From Caldicoprobacterales bacterium (GTDB lineage: Bacteria; Bacillota; Clostridia; Caldicoprobacterales; UBA3941), in assembly GCA_050949255.1 (NCBI GenBank), contig JBMNFJ010000016.1, positions 12,665 through 76,664 of the forward strand: 64,000 nucleotides of DNA, read 5' to 3'. Shown here in pieces: positions 33,818-43,664 of the stretch (positions within the stretch are counted from its first letter, which is position 1; every line of letters begins with the position of its first letter). The notes beneath the pieces are model-generated. The model had not been told where the DNA came from and ran no database searches. It saw only the letters and a list, made by a program, of their open reading frames with translations. A program made the translations under genes and the position numbers.

Positions 33818-36217
33818 ATGGAGAAGACTGATGCAAGGGCGGTTTTAAACATAAATCTGGGATGGAAATTCCATCTGGGAGATGAACCAAGGGCATGGCA
33901 GAAGGGTTTTGATGACGGGGAATGGGACTGTATTGATCTACCCCACGATTGGGCTGTTCAGTATCCTTTTGACAAGAGATATTCCAGTGGAACCGGGTAT
34001 TTACCCGGGGGAATTGGTTTTTATAGAAAGGTTTTCTATCTGGGAGAAGAACTGAAAGGTAAAAGAATTTATCTTAAATTTGACGGTGTATACAAGAACA
34101 GCATGGTCTGGTGTAACAGTTATTACCTGGGTAAAAGGCCTTCCGGTTATACGGAGTTTATATATGATATAACCGACTTTGCCTGTTTTGGTGAGACGTC
34201 AAATGTTATAGCGGTCAGGGTCGACCATAGCCATGTGGCAGATTCCCGCTGGTATACTGGTTCGGGAATCTATAGAAAGGTAACCCTGGTAATCAAGGAC
34301 AGGATATCCATCGACAATTATGGATTATTTGTTAGCACTAGAGAGATCAATGAAAGAGGAGCGGAATTGGAGGTTCAGACCTCAATATCAAATACTACAG
34401 ATGAGGATGCAGAGATCGAAGTTAACTACTATGTTGTAGATCATAATGGGGACCTAGCAGCATCAGGAAGTGGTGCGCATGAGATCCGGGCTCAGAATAA
34501 TGCCCGGGCTAATGCAACCTTGTTGGTAGAAGGCCCCAGGCTATGGTCAACAAAATCCCCTTATCTATACGATTTTATCGCTGAAATTGTAAAGGATGGA
34601 AGGGTTATAGATAGAGAAGTGGTAAAGATAGGGATTCGTACCTTTGAATTTGATGCAGACGGTGGCTTCTTCTTGAACGGAGAAGGCATGAAGATTAAGG
34701 GGGTATGCGTCCACCACGATGCAGGTTGTTTAGGTGCTGCTGTTAGAAAAAAGGTTTGGGAAAGACGGCTTATGATCTTGAAGGAGATGGGCTGCAACGC
34801 AATACGAATGAGCCATAATCCACATATGCCTGAATTATATGACCTATGTGATTCCATGGGATTTTTAGTTATGGATGAGGCCTTCGACGAATGGGAGGGT
34901 GTAAAAAACAAGTGGGTATATGGGCACAATGTGTACCCGCCGGCTCATTACGGATATTATGAAGATTTCCCGGAATGGCATGAGAGGGACTTGACAAATA
35001 TGGTGCTGAGGGGTAGGAATCATCCCTCCATTATCCTCTGGAGCATTGGCAACGAGATAGATTATCCCAACGACCCTTATGGGCATCCGCTTTTCCAAAA
35101 CGTGACCGGCAATAACGATGCCAACAAACCTGCCTCAGAGCGCATCTACGACGCAAATAAGCCTAATGCCGAGAGACTGGTTCCCATAGCCAAAAGATTG
35201 GTATCCATTGTCAAAAGATATGATCTAACCAGGCCTGTCACCGCGGCCTTGGCCCTGCCCGAGCTTTCAAATATCACGGGTTTGGCTGATTGTCTGGATG
35301 TTGTTGGATACAATTATAAGGAGCATCTCTACAAGGAGGATCATAAGAGGTGGCCCAATAGGGTGCTTCTTGGAAGCGAGAATGGTAAAGAACTTAGCCA
35401 ATGGCTTGCTGCAAAAAATAATGATTTTATATCAGGACAGTTCCTATGGACTGGTATTGATTTTCTTGGCGAAACAAGGGGATGGCCCTCCCATGGCTCG
35501 GAAGCAGGACTTTTGGATGTTGCCGGCTTTAAGAAGCCCAGCTTTTATTTCAGAAAGAGTTTATGGTCGGATAGACCTATGGTAAAACTCTTCGCCGGTT
35601 ATGCCAATCAGTTGCTTGATGGGAGAAAATATATCCTGTATAATAAAAACTTGAAATCCTCATGGAACTTTGTGGATGGTAGTGAGGTTGAGGTCATCTG
35701 CCTGACCAACTGTACCGCAACTGAACTCTTCTTAAATGGAAAATCCCTGGGAGTAAAAAAACTGGCCGATCATACAGAGGCTTACTTAACTTGGAAGATA
35801 CCCTTTGAAAAGGGAGAACTAAAAGCACTTTCCATTGATGATGAGGGTAGGGTATATGAAGATATTTTGAAAACCACCAAAGGAGCAGCCGGTATAAAAC
35901 TAAGCAGCATGGACAAGAGTATTGCCGCCAACGGTTTGGATATGACCCATGTGATATTGGAGATTATCGATACCGATGGAAATCCTATTGATAATGCCCA
36001 TGATTTGATAAGGGTCTCTCTTGAAGGGCCTGGCAGAATTTTAGGCCTTGAGAACGGCAATCTGGAGGACACAACACCTTATGGGCTGTCATATAGGAGG
36101 GCCTATAGGGGAAGACTGTTAATCTACATAGGGTCATCTCCTGAGAGGGGAGTAATTAAGGTCAAGGCTGAGGCAGAGGGACTAAGCCCTTGCCAAATAA
36201 GTATCATATGCGAATAA
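33818..36217 (+). CDS. Glycoside hydrolase family 2 (beta-galactosidase/beta-glucuronidase-like)
   Basis: ATG 33818 follows AGGAGGG. GH2 pattern present: WKFHLGD, LPHDW, NAIRMSHNP, and WSIGNE (acid/base region). The ORF-track start at 33731 lies inside the terminator. Confidence 0.85.
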   Translation: MEKTDARAVLNINLGWKFHLGDEPRAWQKGFDDGEWDCIDLPHDWAVQYPFDKRYSSGTGYLPGGIGFYRKVFYLGEELKGKRIYLKFDGVYKNSMVWCNSYYLGKRPSGYTEFIYDITDFACFGETSNVIAVRVDHSHVADSRWYTGSGIYRKVTLVIKDRISIDNYGLFVSTREINERGAELEVQTSISNTTDEDAEIEVNYYVVDHNGDLAASGSGAHEIRAQNNARANATLLVEGPRLWSTKSPYLYDFIAEIVKDGRVIDREVVKIGIRTFEFDADGGFFLNGEGMKIKGVCVHHDAGCLGAAVRKKVWERRLMILKEMGCNAIRMSHNPHMPELYDLCDSMGFLVMDEAFDEWEGVKNKWVYGHNVYPPAHYGYYEDFPEWHERDLTNMVLRGRNHPSIILWSIGNEIDYPNDPYGHPLFQNVTGNNDANKPASERIYDANKPNAERLVPIAKRLVSIVKRYDLTRPVTAALALPELSNITGLADCLDVVGYNYKEHLYKEDHKRWPNRVLLGSENGKELSQWLAAKNNDFISGQFLWTGIDFLGETRGWPSHGSEAGLLDVAGFKKPSFYFRKSLWSDRPMVKLFAGYANQLLDGRKYILYNKNLKSSWNFVDGSEVEVICLTNCTATELFLNGKSLGVKKLADHTEAYLTWKIPFEKGELKALSIDDEGRVYEDILKTTKGAAGIKLSSMDKSIAANGLDMTHVILEIIDTDGNPIDNAHDLIRVSLEGPGRILGLENGNLEDTTPYGLSYRRAYRGRLLIYIGSSPERGVIKVKAEAEGLSPCQISIICE

Positions 36218-36443
36218 AATCAATGAATTTTGTATGTCCGTTAATGATCCCTCACAGACGGGACTTGTAAGGCAGCTTCCCGATGTAATTTGGAAGCTAC
36301 CGGAATAAACCATCCTCCTATACAGAGAAGCAACTTAGTGTTCAATAGTTATTCCTAAATTTATTAACTAGTACGAGACATTATGCTATCTTTGATTAAT
36401 GATAAATGAATTAATAAAACAAGTATAAAACAGGTGGTCACCC

Positions 36444-37490
36444 ATGAAAAAAAACATAACTATATATACTATAGCAGAAGAGGCTGGGGTATCTGCAGCA
36501 ACTGTGTCCAGGTTTCTGACCGGTAAAGCCAAAGTAAATGAGAGTAAACGAAAAAGGATAGATGAGATCATAAAAAAATACAACTATAGGCCAAATGCTA
36601 TTGCGCGCAACCTCTCTAATCAAGCAACCAAGACCTTGGGCTTTATTATGCCGGATGTCACCGCGCCTTTTTATGGCACCGTCTTCCTGGAGGCAGAAAG
36701 AGTGGCCCTGGAAATGGGCTATAGCATATTGCTATGCAATACCATGAATGATAACGTTCTTACCAACACAAACGTGGAGATGAATTATATAGATTTTATC
36801 CTGGAAAAGCAGGTTGATGGATTGATTATCATGGGTGGCCATATCGATAACCTACGTACAGCTCCGGAATATTTGGAAAGGATAAATGCATTGACCAATC
36901 AGGTTCCTCTGGTTATGATCAATGGTGAGATCAGGGGATTGGACTGCTACAATATAAGAAGCGATAGCAAAGTTGGGATAAACCAGTTGGTGGACTACTT
37001 AGTATCCTTAAATCATGAAAAGATAGCTTTTATTGGCGGCTATATGGATATACAACCTACCATGAGAAGACTTGAAATAATTCAAGAATCCCTTGCCAGA
37101 TACGGAATAGGATTTAACGACAAATGGTTTATTGAAGACGATTTTAGCGTACAGGCAGGTAAGGATAGCATGGAAAAGCTGCTAAAGATGAATGATAGAC
37201 CTACCGCTGTTATATGTGTTAATGATATGGTGGCAGTTGGGGCCCTCCATACTGCGATGAAAATGGGGGTTAAGGTTCCTGAAGAAATGTCAATTGCCGG
37301 TTTCGATAATACTTACCTGACGGAGTGCGTTGTTCCGGAGATAACAACCGTAGATCTACAGCCGAAAAAACTTGCAAAAACTGCCATAGAGACAATGATT
37401 AAACACCTTGAAGGAGACATGACGGACAAGAAGGAGATTATAATAAAAACCCAATTGGTATTGCGGGATTCCTGTTCCATAGCAAGATAG
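36444..37490 (+). CDS. LacI-family transcriptional regulator
   Basis: HTH N-terminus ITIYTIAEEAGVSAATVSRFL plus a periplasmic-binding-protein-like core. Confidence 0.9.
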   Translation: MKKNITIYTIAEEAGVSAATVSRFLTGKAKVNESKRKRIDEIIKKYNYRPNAIARNLSNQATKTLGFIMPDVTAPFYGTVFLEAERVALEMGYSILLCNTMNDNVLTNTNVEMNYIDFILEKQVDGLIIMGGHIDNLRTAPEYLERINALTNQVPLVMINGEIRGLDCYNIRSDSKVGINQLVDYLVSLNHEKIAFIGGYMDIQPTMRRLEIIQESLARYGIGFNDKWFIEDDFSVQAGKDSMEKLLKMNDRPTAVICVNDMVAVGALHTAMKMGVKVPEEMSIAGFDNTYLTECVVPEITTVDLQPKKLAKTAIETMIKHLEGDMTDKKEIIIKTQLVLRDSCSIAR

Positions 37491-37551
37491 ATTTGATTTT
37501 CTCGCTATTAACCGAATATAATATACTCAGAAAAAAATGTATTGCATTTTT

Positions 37552-37580
37552 TTATTTTAATGTATATAATTGTTATTGTG
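37552..37580 (+). promoter_or_regulatory. Sigma-A promoter for the leader/ABC-exporter transcript
   Basis: TTGCAT (37552-37557), 17-nt spacer, TATAAT (37575-37580). Confidence 0.6.
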
Positions 37581-37623
37581 CTTTAAACCATACAATCTCT
37601 ATCAGGGAAAGGGGGGCCGGAAC

Positions 37624-37743
37624 ATGATTGTTAAGAAAAGGAACGGTGTAAATAATATCTGTGGATTTTTTATCAGCAGTTTAGTACTGGATGATCATGG
37701 CCTGCCTATACCTTTGGGGATTGGGGAGAAACTGCCTTTTTGA
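37624..37743 (+). CDS. 39-codon leader ORF (MIVKKRNGVNNICGFFISSLVLDDHGLPIPLGIGEKLPF)
   Basis: Below the ORF-track size cutoff. ATG follows GGGAAAGGGGGG. It sits between the promoter and two terminator-like hairpins upstream of the ABC exporter genes. Confidence 0.5.
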   Translation: MIVKKRNGVNNICGFFISSLVLDDHGLPIPLGIGEKLPF

Positions 37744-37764
37744 TAGGTTTGTTTATTAGCTAGG

Positions 37765-37799
37765 CCATGGGTAATATAATATGCCTGTGGTTTTTATTT
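37765..37799 (+). terminator. Weak terminator-like hairpin in the leader
   Basis: CCATGGG/CCTGTGG (two G-U pairs) followed by TTTTTATTT. Confidence 0.35.
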
Positions 37800-37833
37800 G
37801 TATAGATTTAACGTATTGAAACTCAGTAACCGC

Positions 37834-37859
37834 AGGCTTGAGGTCTGCGTTTTTTTATG
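37834..37859 (+). terminator. Leader terminator (attenuator) 32 nt before the ABC exporter start
   Basis: CGCAGGC-ttgag-GTCTGCG followed by TTTTTTT. Confidence 0.7.
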
Positions 37860-37891
37860 GTTGGATTCTTCGTTAGAAAAGGAGTGAAACC

Positions 37892-39700
37892 ATGGAGGAT
37901 AAGAATTGGGGTTATCTATGGAAAGTTTCGAAGGGTAACCGTATGCTCTATGTAGGGGCGATCATCAGCATGGCCCTGACGGCGGTATTGTCCTTGTTGC
38001 CTCCATTAGTAATAAGCATCACGGTTGATTCAATAATAGGAGACGAACCGTTTTCAGGCTCTCCGATAGTTGTATCAATGATACAAAGATTAGGAGGGAA
38101 AAGTGTACTGGCACAGAACCTGTGGATCTGTGGGTTGGCTCTGGTTATACTAAATATCTTTATTGGACTTTTTAATTTTACCAGAGGAAAATGGTCAGCC
38201 CAAGCGGCAGAAGGTATCGCGAGGAATATTAGGAATAACCTATACGATCATCTTCAGCGTCTTCCCTATGACGAGCATGTAAAGGCTGAGACGGGGGATC
38301 TAATTCAGCGCTGTACATCGGATGTGGAAACGGTACGTAGGTTCCTGGCTATGCAACTGGTAGAAATGGGAAGGGCCATAGTGCTGTTGGCAGCTTCTTT
38401 GTACTTTATGTTATCCTTAAGCGTAAAGATGACCTTTGTATCCATAGCTGTGGTACCTATTATCTTCCTTTTCTCCTTTATTTTCTTCAGTAAAATAAAG
38501 AAGGCCTTTAAGGAGGCCGATGAGGCAGAGGGCAGATTATCAACCGTTCTGCAGGAAAATCTAACTGGTATCAGGGTGGTTAGAGCCTTCGGAAGGCAAG
38601 CCTATGAAGCCCGTAAGTTTGATGAAAAAAATACTGAGTACACAAATCTATGGTATAGATTGAACGCGATAATGGCTTTGTATTGGTCATCCTCTGATTT
38701 GCTGGCAATGGGTCAGATAGGGGCGGTATTGGTGTTGGGGGTCTACTGGGCGGCACAGGGCGAAATTACCCTGGGTACCCTTATGGCTTTTATGAGCTAC
38801 GAGTGGATGCTGTTATGGCCGGTACGTCAACTGGGAAGAATCCTTTCGGATATGGGTAGAACTCAGGTTTCACTGGGCAGGATTAAGGAAATATTGGAAA
38901 AACCCCTTGAGGATATGAACGAAGGTGGATTAACCCCTCCAATGGACGGGGATATAGAATTCAAGAATGTTTACTTTGAATATGAAAAGGGTAAGCCTGT
39001 TTTGAAGGATGTTTCATTTAAGGTAAAGGGTGGCCAGACCGTGGCTATACTAGGAGCCACCGGTTCAGGTAAATCTTCCCTTGTCCATCTACTCCAGGGA
39101 CTATATGACTACAATAAAGGATCTATAACTATTGGTGGGGTAGAATTAAGGGATATAGATAAGAGATATTTAAGAAGACAGGTTGGAATCGTACTTCAGG
39201 AACCCTTCCTCTTCTCCAAGACCATAAAGGACAACATTGCTTTGGCAAAGTTGGATGCGTCGGATAAAGACATATACAAAGCAGCAAGTATAGCAGCTGT
39301 CCATGACGTAATAAAGGAGTTTGAGCAAGGCTACGATACAACAGTAGGTGAGAGGGGAGTAACCCTGTCCGGTGGTCAAAAGCAGAGGGTAGCTATGGCC
39401 AGGACCTTGATTCTGGATAGCTCTATCCTGATCTTCGATGACTCATTAAGCGCTGTGGATACCGAAACCGACAATGCTATCAGACAGGCCTTAAGTGAAC
39501 ACAGCAAGGGTGTGACGACATTTATTATCTCTCATAGGATCACTACCATATCCCAAGCAGATATTATACTTGTAATGGAGGATGGACGAATAGTGCAATC
39601 TGGAACCCATGAAGAACTATTATCCCAGGAGGGAATGTATCGTCGCATCTGGTCTATACAGAACGCTTTGGAAGAAGAATTGGAAAAGAACCTGGCATAA
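37892..39700 (+). CDS. Heterodimeric ABC exporter subunit (TMD-NBD) with degenerate Walker B (BmrC/LmrC-like)
   Basis: Walker A GATGSGKSS, canonical signature LSGGQKQR, but Walker B ILIFDDS (Asp in place of the catalytic Glu). Confidence 0.85.
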   Translation: MEDKNWGYLWKVSKGNRMLYVGAIISMALTAVLSLLPPLVISITVDSIIGDEPFSGSPIVVSMIQRLGGKSVLAQNLWICGLALVILNIFIGLFNFTRGKWSAQAAEGIARNIRNNLYDHLQRLPYDEHVKAETGDLIQRCTSDVETVRRFLAMQLVEMGRAIVLLAASLYFMLSLSVKMTFVSIAVVPIIFLFSFIFFSKIKKAFKEADEAEGRLSTVLQENLTGIRVVRAFGRQAYEARKFDEKNTEYTNLWYRLNAIMALYWSSSDLLAMGQIGAVLVLGVYWAAQGEITLGTLMAFMSYEWMLLWPVRQLGRILSDMGRTQVSLGRIKEILEKPLEDMNEGGLTPPMDGDIEFKNVYFEYEKGKPVLKDVSFKVKGGQTVAILGATGSGKSSLVHLLQGLYDYNKGSITIGGVELRDIDKRYLRRQVGIVLQEPFLFSKTIKDNIALAKLDASDKDIYKAASIAAVHDVIKEFEQGYDTTVGERGVTLSGGQKQRVAMARTLILDSSILIFDDSLSAVDTETDNAIRQALSEHSKGVTTFIISHRITTISQADIILVMEDGRIVQSGTHEELLSQEGMYRRIWSIQNALEEELEKNLA

Positions 39701-39794
39701 AGCAAATGGTTGCTAATCGAGACTTTATAGGGCATTAATTAATCGGTATAATGCCATTTTGAGTAGGACGGGATGCTAAAGGGAGGGAACAAAA

Positions 39795-41621
39795 TTGAGT
39801 GCATTGAAGGAGCAGGAATACAACAAATCCATTGATTTTAGGCTGTGGAAGGATTTGTTTAGGTATATAAAGCCCTATAGAAATAGAATTATCGCCCTTA
39901 TAGTAGTGATGATGGGATCCGGGGGTATAGATGTCATATTTCCTCTGATGAACAGATACGCTATAGATAACTTCATTGTCACGGGAAGACTTGGGGGATT
40001 ATGGGTATTTGCCGGAATCTATGCGGGACTGGTAGCTCTACAGGCCATTAACGTGTACTTCTTTATCTATATTGCAGGCCGTATAGAAATGAGCCTAAGC
40101 TACGATATCAGGAAGGCAGGATTTAAAAGGCTGCAGGAGCTGTCCTTTTCTTATTATGATAAAACATCGGTAGGTTGGTTGATGGCTCGCATGACTTCCG
40201 ATGTGGAGCGCTTAGGGGCAACCATAGCCTGGAGTTTGGTGGATTTGACCTGGGGTGGTACTGCCATGATTGGCGGATTGATAGCCATGCTCTATATGAA
40301 TTGGAAATTGGCTTTAGTTTCCCTTGCTGTGGTACCCTTTCTAGGTGTTATAAGCATCTACTTTCAAAAGAGAATTCTCGGTTCCTACCGTATTGTAAGG
40401 AGAACCAATTCCAGGATAACCGGTGCTTTTAATGAGGGCATTATGGGTGCCAAGACCACCAAGACACTGGTGCGTGAGGAAGAAAACCTGAAAGAATTCA
40501 AGGCTCTAACAGGTGAAATGTACAACTCGTCGGTAAGAGCAGCGGTCTTCTCGTCCATCTACTTCCCCATAGTTATTGCCATGGGAAGCATAGGGACTGC
40601 TCTGGCCCTGTGGTTTGGTGGCAGGGGGGTTCTGCTACAGACAATAGGATTCGGTACCTTATCTGCCTTTATATCCTATGTAACACAGTTCTTTGGTCCA
40701 ATCAATGAGCTGGCCAGGATCATTGCCGAATTCCAAAATGCTCAGGCTTCTGCTGAAAGGGTTATGGCTATGATAAATACCGAACCCGATATTGTGGATA
40801 GGACTGAGGTAATAGAGAAGTACGGCACAGAGTTTGAACCCAAGTATGAAAACTGGGAAGATATTAAGGGGGATATCACCTTCAAAAATGTATCCTTTTC
40901 CTATAAGGAAGGTGAGGAGGTCCTGGAAAACTTCAATCTGGAAGTAAAAAGAGGCGAGTCTATTGCCTTGGTAGGTGAGACCGGGTCCGGGAAGAGCACC
41001 ATAGTAAACCTGCTCTGTCGTTTTTATGAACCGGTAGAAGGCCAAATTCTGATAGACGGCGTTGATTATCGGGAGAGGTCCCAGCTATGGCTTCAATCCA
41101 ACATCGGCTATGTACTTCAGACCCCACATCTTTTCAGCGGAACCATAAGAGACAATATTCGCTATGGAAGACTGGATGCCACGGACGAGGAGATAATAGA
41201 AGCTGCTAAATTAGTCAACGCCCATGATTTTATTATGAAGATGGAAGATGGTTATGACTCGGAGGTGGGCGAGGGCGGCAGTATGCTCTCAACCGGTGAG
41301 AAGCAACTTATCTCCTTTGCCAGGGCTATTTTAGCGGATCCTAAAATTTTGGTCCTGGATGAGGCCACTTCCTCCATAGACACCGAAACCGAGCAGATGA
41401 TACAATATGCCATCAACAAGCTATTGGAAGGCAGAACCAGCTTTATTATTGCCCACCGGCTTTCCACCATACGCTCTGCAGATAGGATACTGGTAATTAA
41501 GGATGGCCAAATGATTGAGGAGGGCAATCACAGAGAATTGATGAGGCAGGGCGGATACTATTACAGGCTCTATACCAATCAATTTAGAGAAGAACAAGAA
41601 TTAAGCCTTCTAAATGCATAG
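39795..41621 (+). CDS. Heterodimeric ABC exporter subunit (TMD-NBD) with consensus Walker B (BmrD/LmrD-like)
   Basis: TTG start after AAGGGAGGG. Walker A GETGSGKST, Walker B ILVLDEAT, and a degenerate signature LSTGEKQ. Confidence 0.85.
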   Translation: MSALKEQEYNKSIDFRLWKDLFRYIKPYRNRIIALIVVMMGSGGIDVIFPLMNRYAIDNFIVTGRLGGLWVFAGIYAGLVALQAINVYFFIYIAGRIEMSLSYDIRKAGFKRLQELSFSYYDKTSVGWLMARMTSDVERLGATIAWSLVDLTWGGTAMIGGLIAMLYMNWKLALVSLAVVPFLGVISIYFQKRILGSYRIVRRTNSRITGAFNEGIMGAKTTKTLVREEENLKEFKALTGEMYNSSVRAAVFSSIYFPIVIAMGSIGTALALWFGGRGVLLQTIGFGTLSAFISYVTQFFGPINELARIIAEFQNAQASAERVMAMINTEPDIVDRTEVIEKYGTEFEPKYENWEDIKGDITFKNVSFSYKEGEEVLENFNLEVKRGESIALVGETGSGKSTIVNLLCRFYEPVEGQILIDGVDYRERSQLWLQSNIGYVLQTPHLFSGTIRDNIRYGRLDATDEEIIEAAKLVNAHDFIMKMEDGYDSEVGEGGSMLSTGEKQLISFARAILADPKILVLDEATSSIDTETEQMIQYAINKLLEGRTSFIIAHRLSTIRSADRILVIKDGQMIEEGNHRELMRQGGYYYRLYTNQFREEQELSLLNA

Positions 41622-41630
41622 AGATATATA

Positions 41631-41660
41631 AACCCGGGAATTGTTTTCTCGGGTTTTCTT
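41631..41660 (+). terminator. Rho-independent terminator
   Basis: AACCCGGG...CTCGGGTT followed by a T-rich tail. Confidence 0.6.
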
Positions 41661-41752
41661 ATGTTGCTTTTTAAGTGTCCTTACATTAGAATGTAATTGT
41701 TGCCAAGGAAGAAAAGTATACACAACGTAATTTTGCAGGAGGATGAAATTTA

Positions 41753-42295
41753 GTGAAAGAGCTTTTGGAATTATTTGGCGTTTTTTTTAGGATAGGCGCT
41801 TTTACCTTTGGAGGAGGCTATGCTATGCTTCCTATTATCCAGAGAGAGGTAGTGGAGAAAAGGGGATGGGCCTCGGATGAGGAAGTGATAGATTACTATG
41901 CCATCGGCCAGTCAACCCCCGGTATTATCGCCGTAAACACCGCAACCTTCATTGGATTTAAGAACAAGGGGATTATGGGAGCTATTTTTGCTACTTTGGG
42001 GATGATATCACCTTCCCTGGTGATTATTACAATCATAGCCAGTTCCTTTATGCACTTTAAGGATATCCAGATAGTTCAACATGCCTTTGCAGGTATTAGG
42101 GTCGCCGTAGTTGCCCTGGTTGTAAATGCCGTGGTTAGAATGTGGAAGACAACGGTTAAGGATTCCCTTGGGGTAATCTTGTTTATCCTGGCATTTTTAG
42201 TCGTAACTCTTACCCAGATTTCCCCTATTATTATAATACTTGTTTCGGCAACTACGGGAATTGTAGTGACCTACAGAAAGGCGGTAAATAGATGA
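41753..42295 (+). CDS. chrA: Chromate transporter (CHR) family, half-size subunit
   Basis: 180 aa with the FTFGGGYAMLPII motif. GTG start after GGAGGA. Confidence 0.8.
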   Translation: MKELLELFGVFFRIGAFTFGGGYAMLPIIQREVVEKRGWASDEEVIDYYAIGQSTPGIIAVNTATFIGFKNKGIMGAIFATLGMISPSLVIITIIASSFMHFKDIQIVQHAFAGIRVAVVALVVNAVVRMWKTTVKDSLGVILFILAFLVVTLTQISPIIIILVSATTGIVVTYRKAVNR

Positions 42296-42858
42296 TCTAT
42301 CTATGTCTTTTCTATGAATACTTCAAGATAGGACTTTTTGCTATAGGTGGAGGGCTCGCAACCATACCATTTCTTCAAAAATTGATACAAAAAACCGGAT
42401 GGGCAACGCCCAAGGATTTGGTGGATATGATTGCTATATCGGAATCAACTCCAGGTCCCATCGGAGTCAATATGGCCACCTATGTGGGTTTTCAAACAGC
42501 CGGTATAGGTGGAGCGGTAATAGCTACTCTTGGCTTGGTTACTCCATCGGTTATAATAATTGTAATAATAGCTCATTATTTTATGCGATTTGCTGAGGAG
42601 CCATTGGTAAAGGCGGGGTTTTACGGGCTAAGGCCTGCGGTTACCGGGCTGATTGCTGCAGCGGGTTTTGAGGTTGCCAGGGTCTCGTTATTCAATTTGC
42701 AAAGGTACTTGGATACAAGGAAGATTCTGGACATATTTGACCTAAAGGCTATAGTACTCTTTGGTATACTGATGTATGTTACCAATAAGTATAAAAAACA
42801 TCCAATAATATATATCATTGCCGCGGGTGTGATAGGGGTAATATTTAAATTTGGGTGA
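42292..42858 (+). CDS. chrA: Chromate transporter (CHR) family, second half-size subunit
   Basis: 188 aa with the FAIGGGLATIPFL motif. ATGA start/stop overlap with the upstream half. Confidence 0.8.
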   Translation: MIYLCLFYEYFKIGLFAIGGGLATIPFLQKLIQKTGWATPKDLVDMIAISESTPGPIGVNMATYVGFQTAGIGGAVIATLGLVTPSVIIIVIIAHYFMRFAEEPLVKAGFYGLRPAVTGLIAAAGFEVARVSLFNLQRYLDTRKILDIFDLKAIVLFGILMYVTNKYKKHPIIYIIAAGVIGVIFKFG

Positions 42859-42918
42859 TGCCTACATTGTTTAACCCAATAGCTAGAATAAATATTTTAT
42901 AGGAGGAAGGTGAAATTC

Positions 42919-43563
42919 ATGATTAAGGTCTGCAGATGGAAGCGCTTTAGGGATAGCGAGGTTAGTCCGACTATTTGGGAACGAATAGATCCTGTTATAA
43001 TCGATAATTATCCATGGGATGAAAACGGATACAAACCAAAGGTCGAAGTAAGGTTTTTCTATACCGAATCCCGGCTTTATCTTCATTTTATGTCCTATGA
43101 GAGTGAAATCAGGGCAGTTTATAGGAATATGAATGAGCCGGTATATACGGACAGCTGTGTAGAATTCTTCTTTAATCCGGATCCTGACAAGGATGACAGG
43201 TACTTCAATTTTGAAATAAACGCTATTGGAACATTACTACTGGAACTGGGTAGCGGCAGGAATAACAGGCTGATGATTCAGGATGTTTCTCAAACTATCT
43301 TTAACATAAAGTCTTCCATTAGTCCAGACAGTGTAGAAGAATACAGAGGTGACGCTTGGACCCTGGAATTCTCTATACCCTACTCCTTTATTGAGAAATA
43401 TTACGGTAAGCAGGATTTTTCATCGGGGAAGAGGATGAAAGGCAATTTTCAAAAATGTGGTGATAAGACCAAATTCCCTCACTATGGAAGTTGGAACAGG
43501 ATAGACACCCCAGAGCCAGACTTTCACAGGCCGGAGTACTTTGGGGATCTGATATTGGAATAG
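42919..43563 (+). CDS. Carbohydrate-binding family 9-like domain protein (cytoplasmic, no signal peptide)
   Basis: ATG 42919 follows AGGAGGAAGG. The pattern RFFYTESRLYLHF...VYTDSCVEFFFNP...YFNFEINAIG resembles CBM9/DOMON-like domains. Confidence 0.5.
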   Translation: MIKVCRWKRFRDSEVSPTIWERIDPVIIDNYPWDENGYKPKVEVRFFYTESRLYLHFMSYESEIRAVYRNMNEPVYTDSCVEFFFNPDPDKDDRYFNFEINAIGTLLLELGSGRNNRLMIQDVSQTIFNIKSSISPDSVEEYRGDAWTLEFSIPYSFIEKYYGKQDFSSGKRMKGNFQKCGDKTKFPHYGSWNRIDTPEPDFHRPEYFGDLILE

Positions 43564-43664
43564 TCCGGATAATTAACACAGTATGTAGGCTATATACCAA
43601 TTCCCGGGTTAGCTACTGCCTTTTATAGGAAATGATGATGTCAAACAGAATGGGGTGTCCAAAA

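Noticed and set aside
41753-42858. The split chrA pair as a disrupted gene.
   Set aside because: The two halves have an ATGA translational-coupling overlap, and each has its own conserved GGG motif. Paired short-chain CHR proteins are a known natural arrangement.
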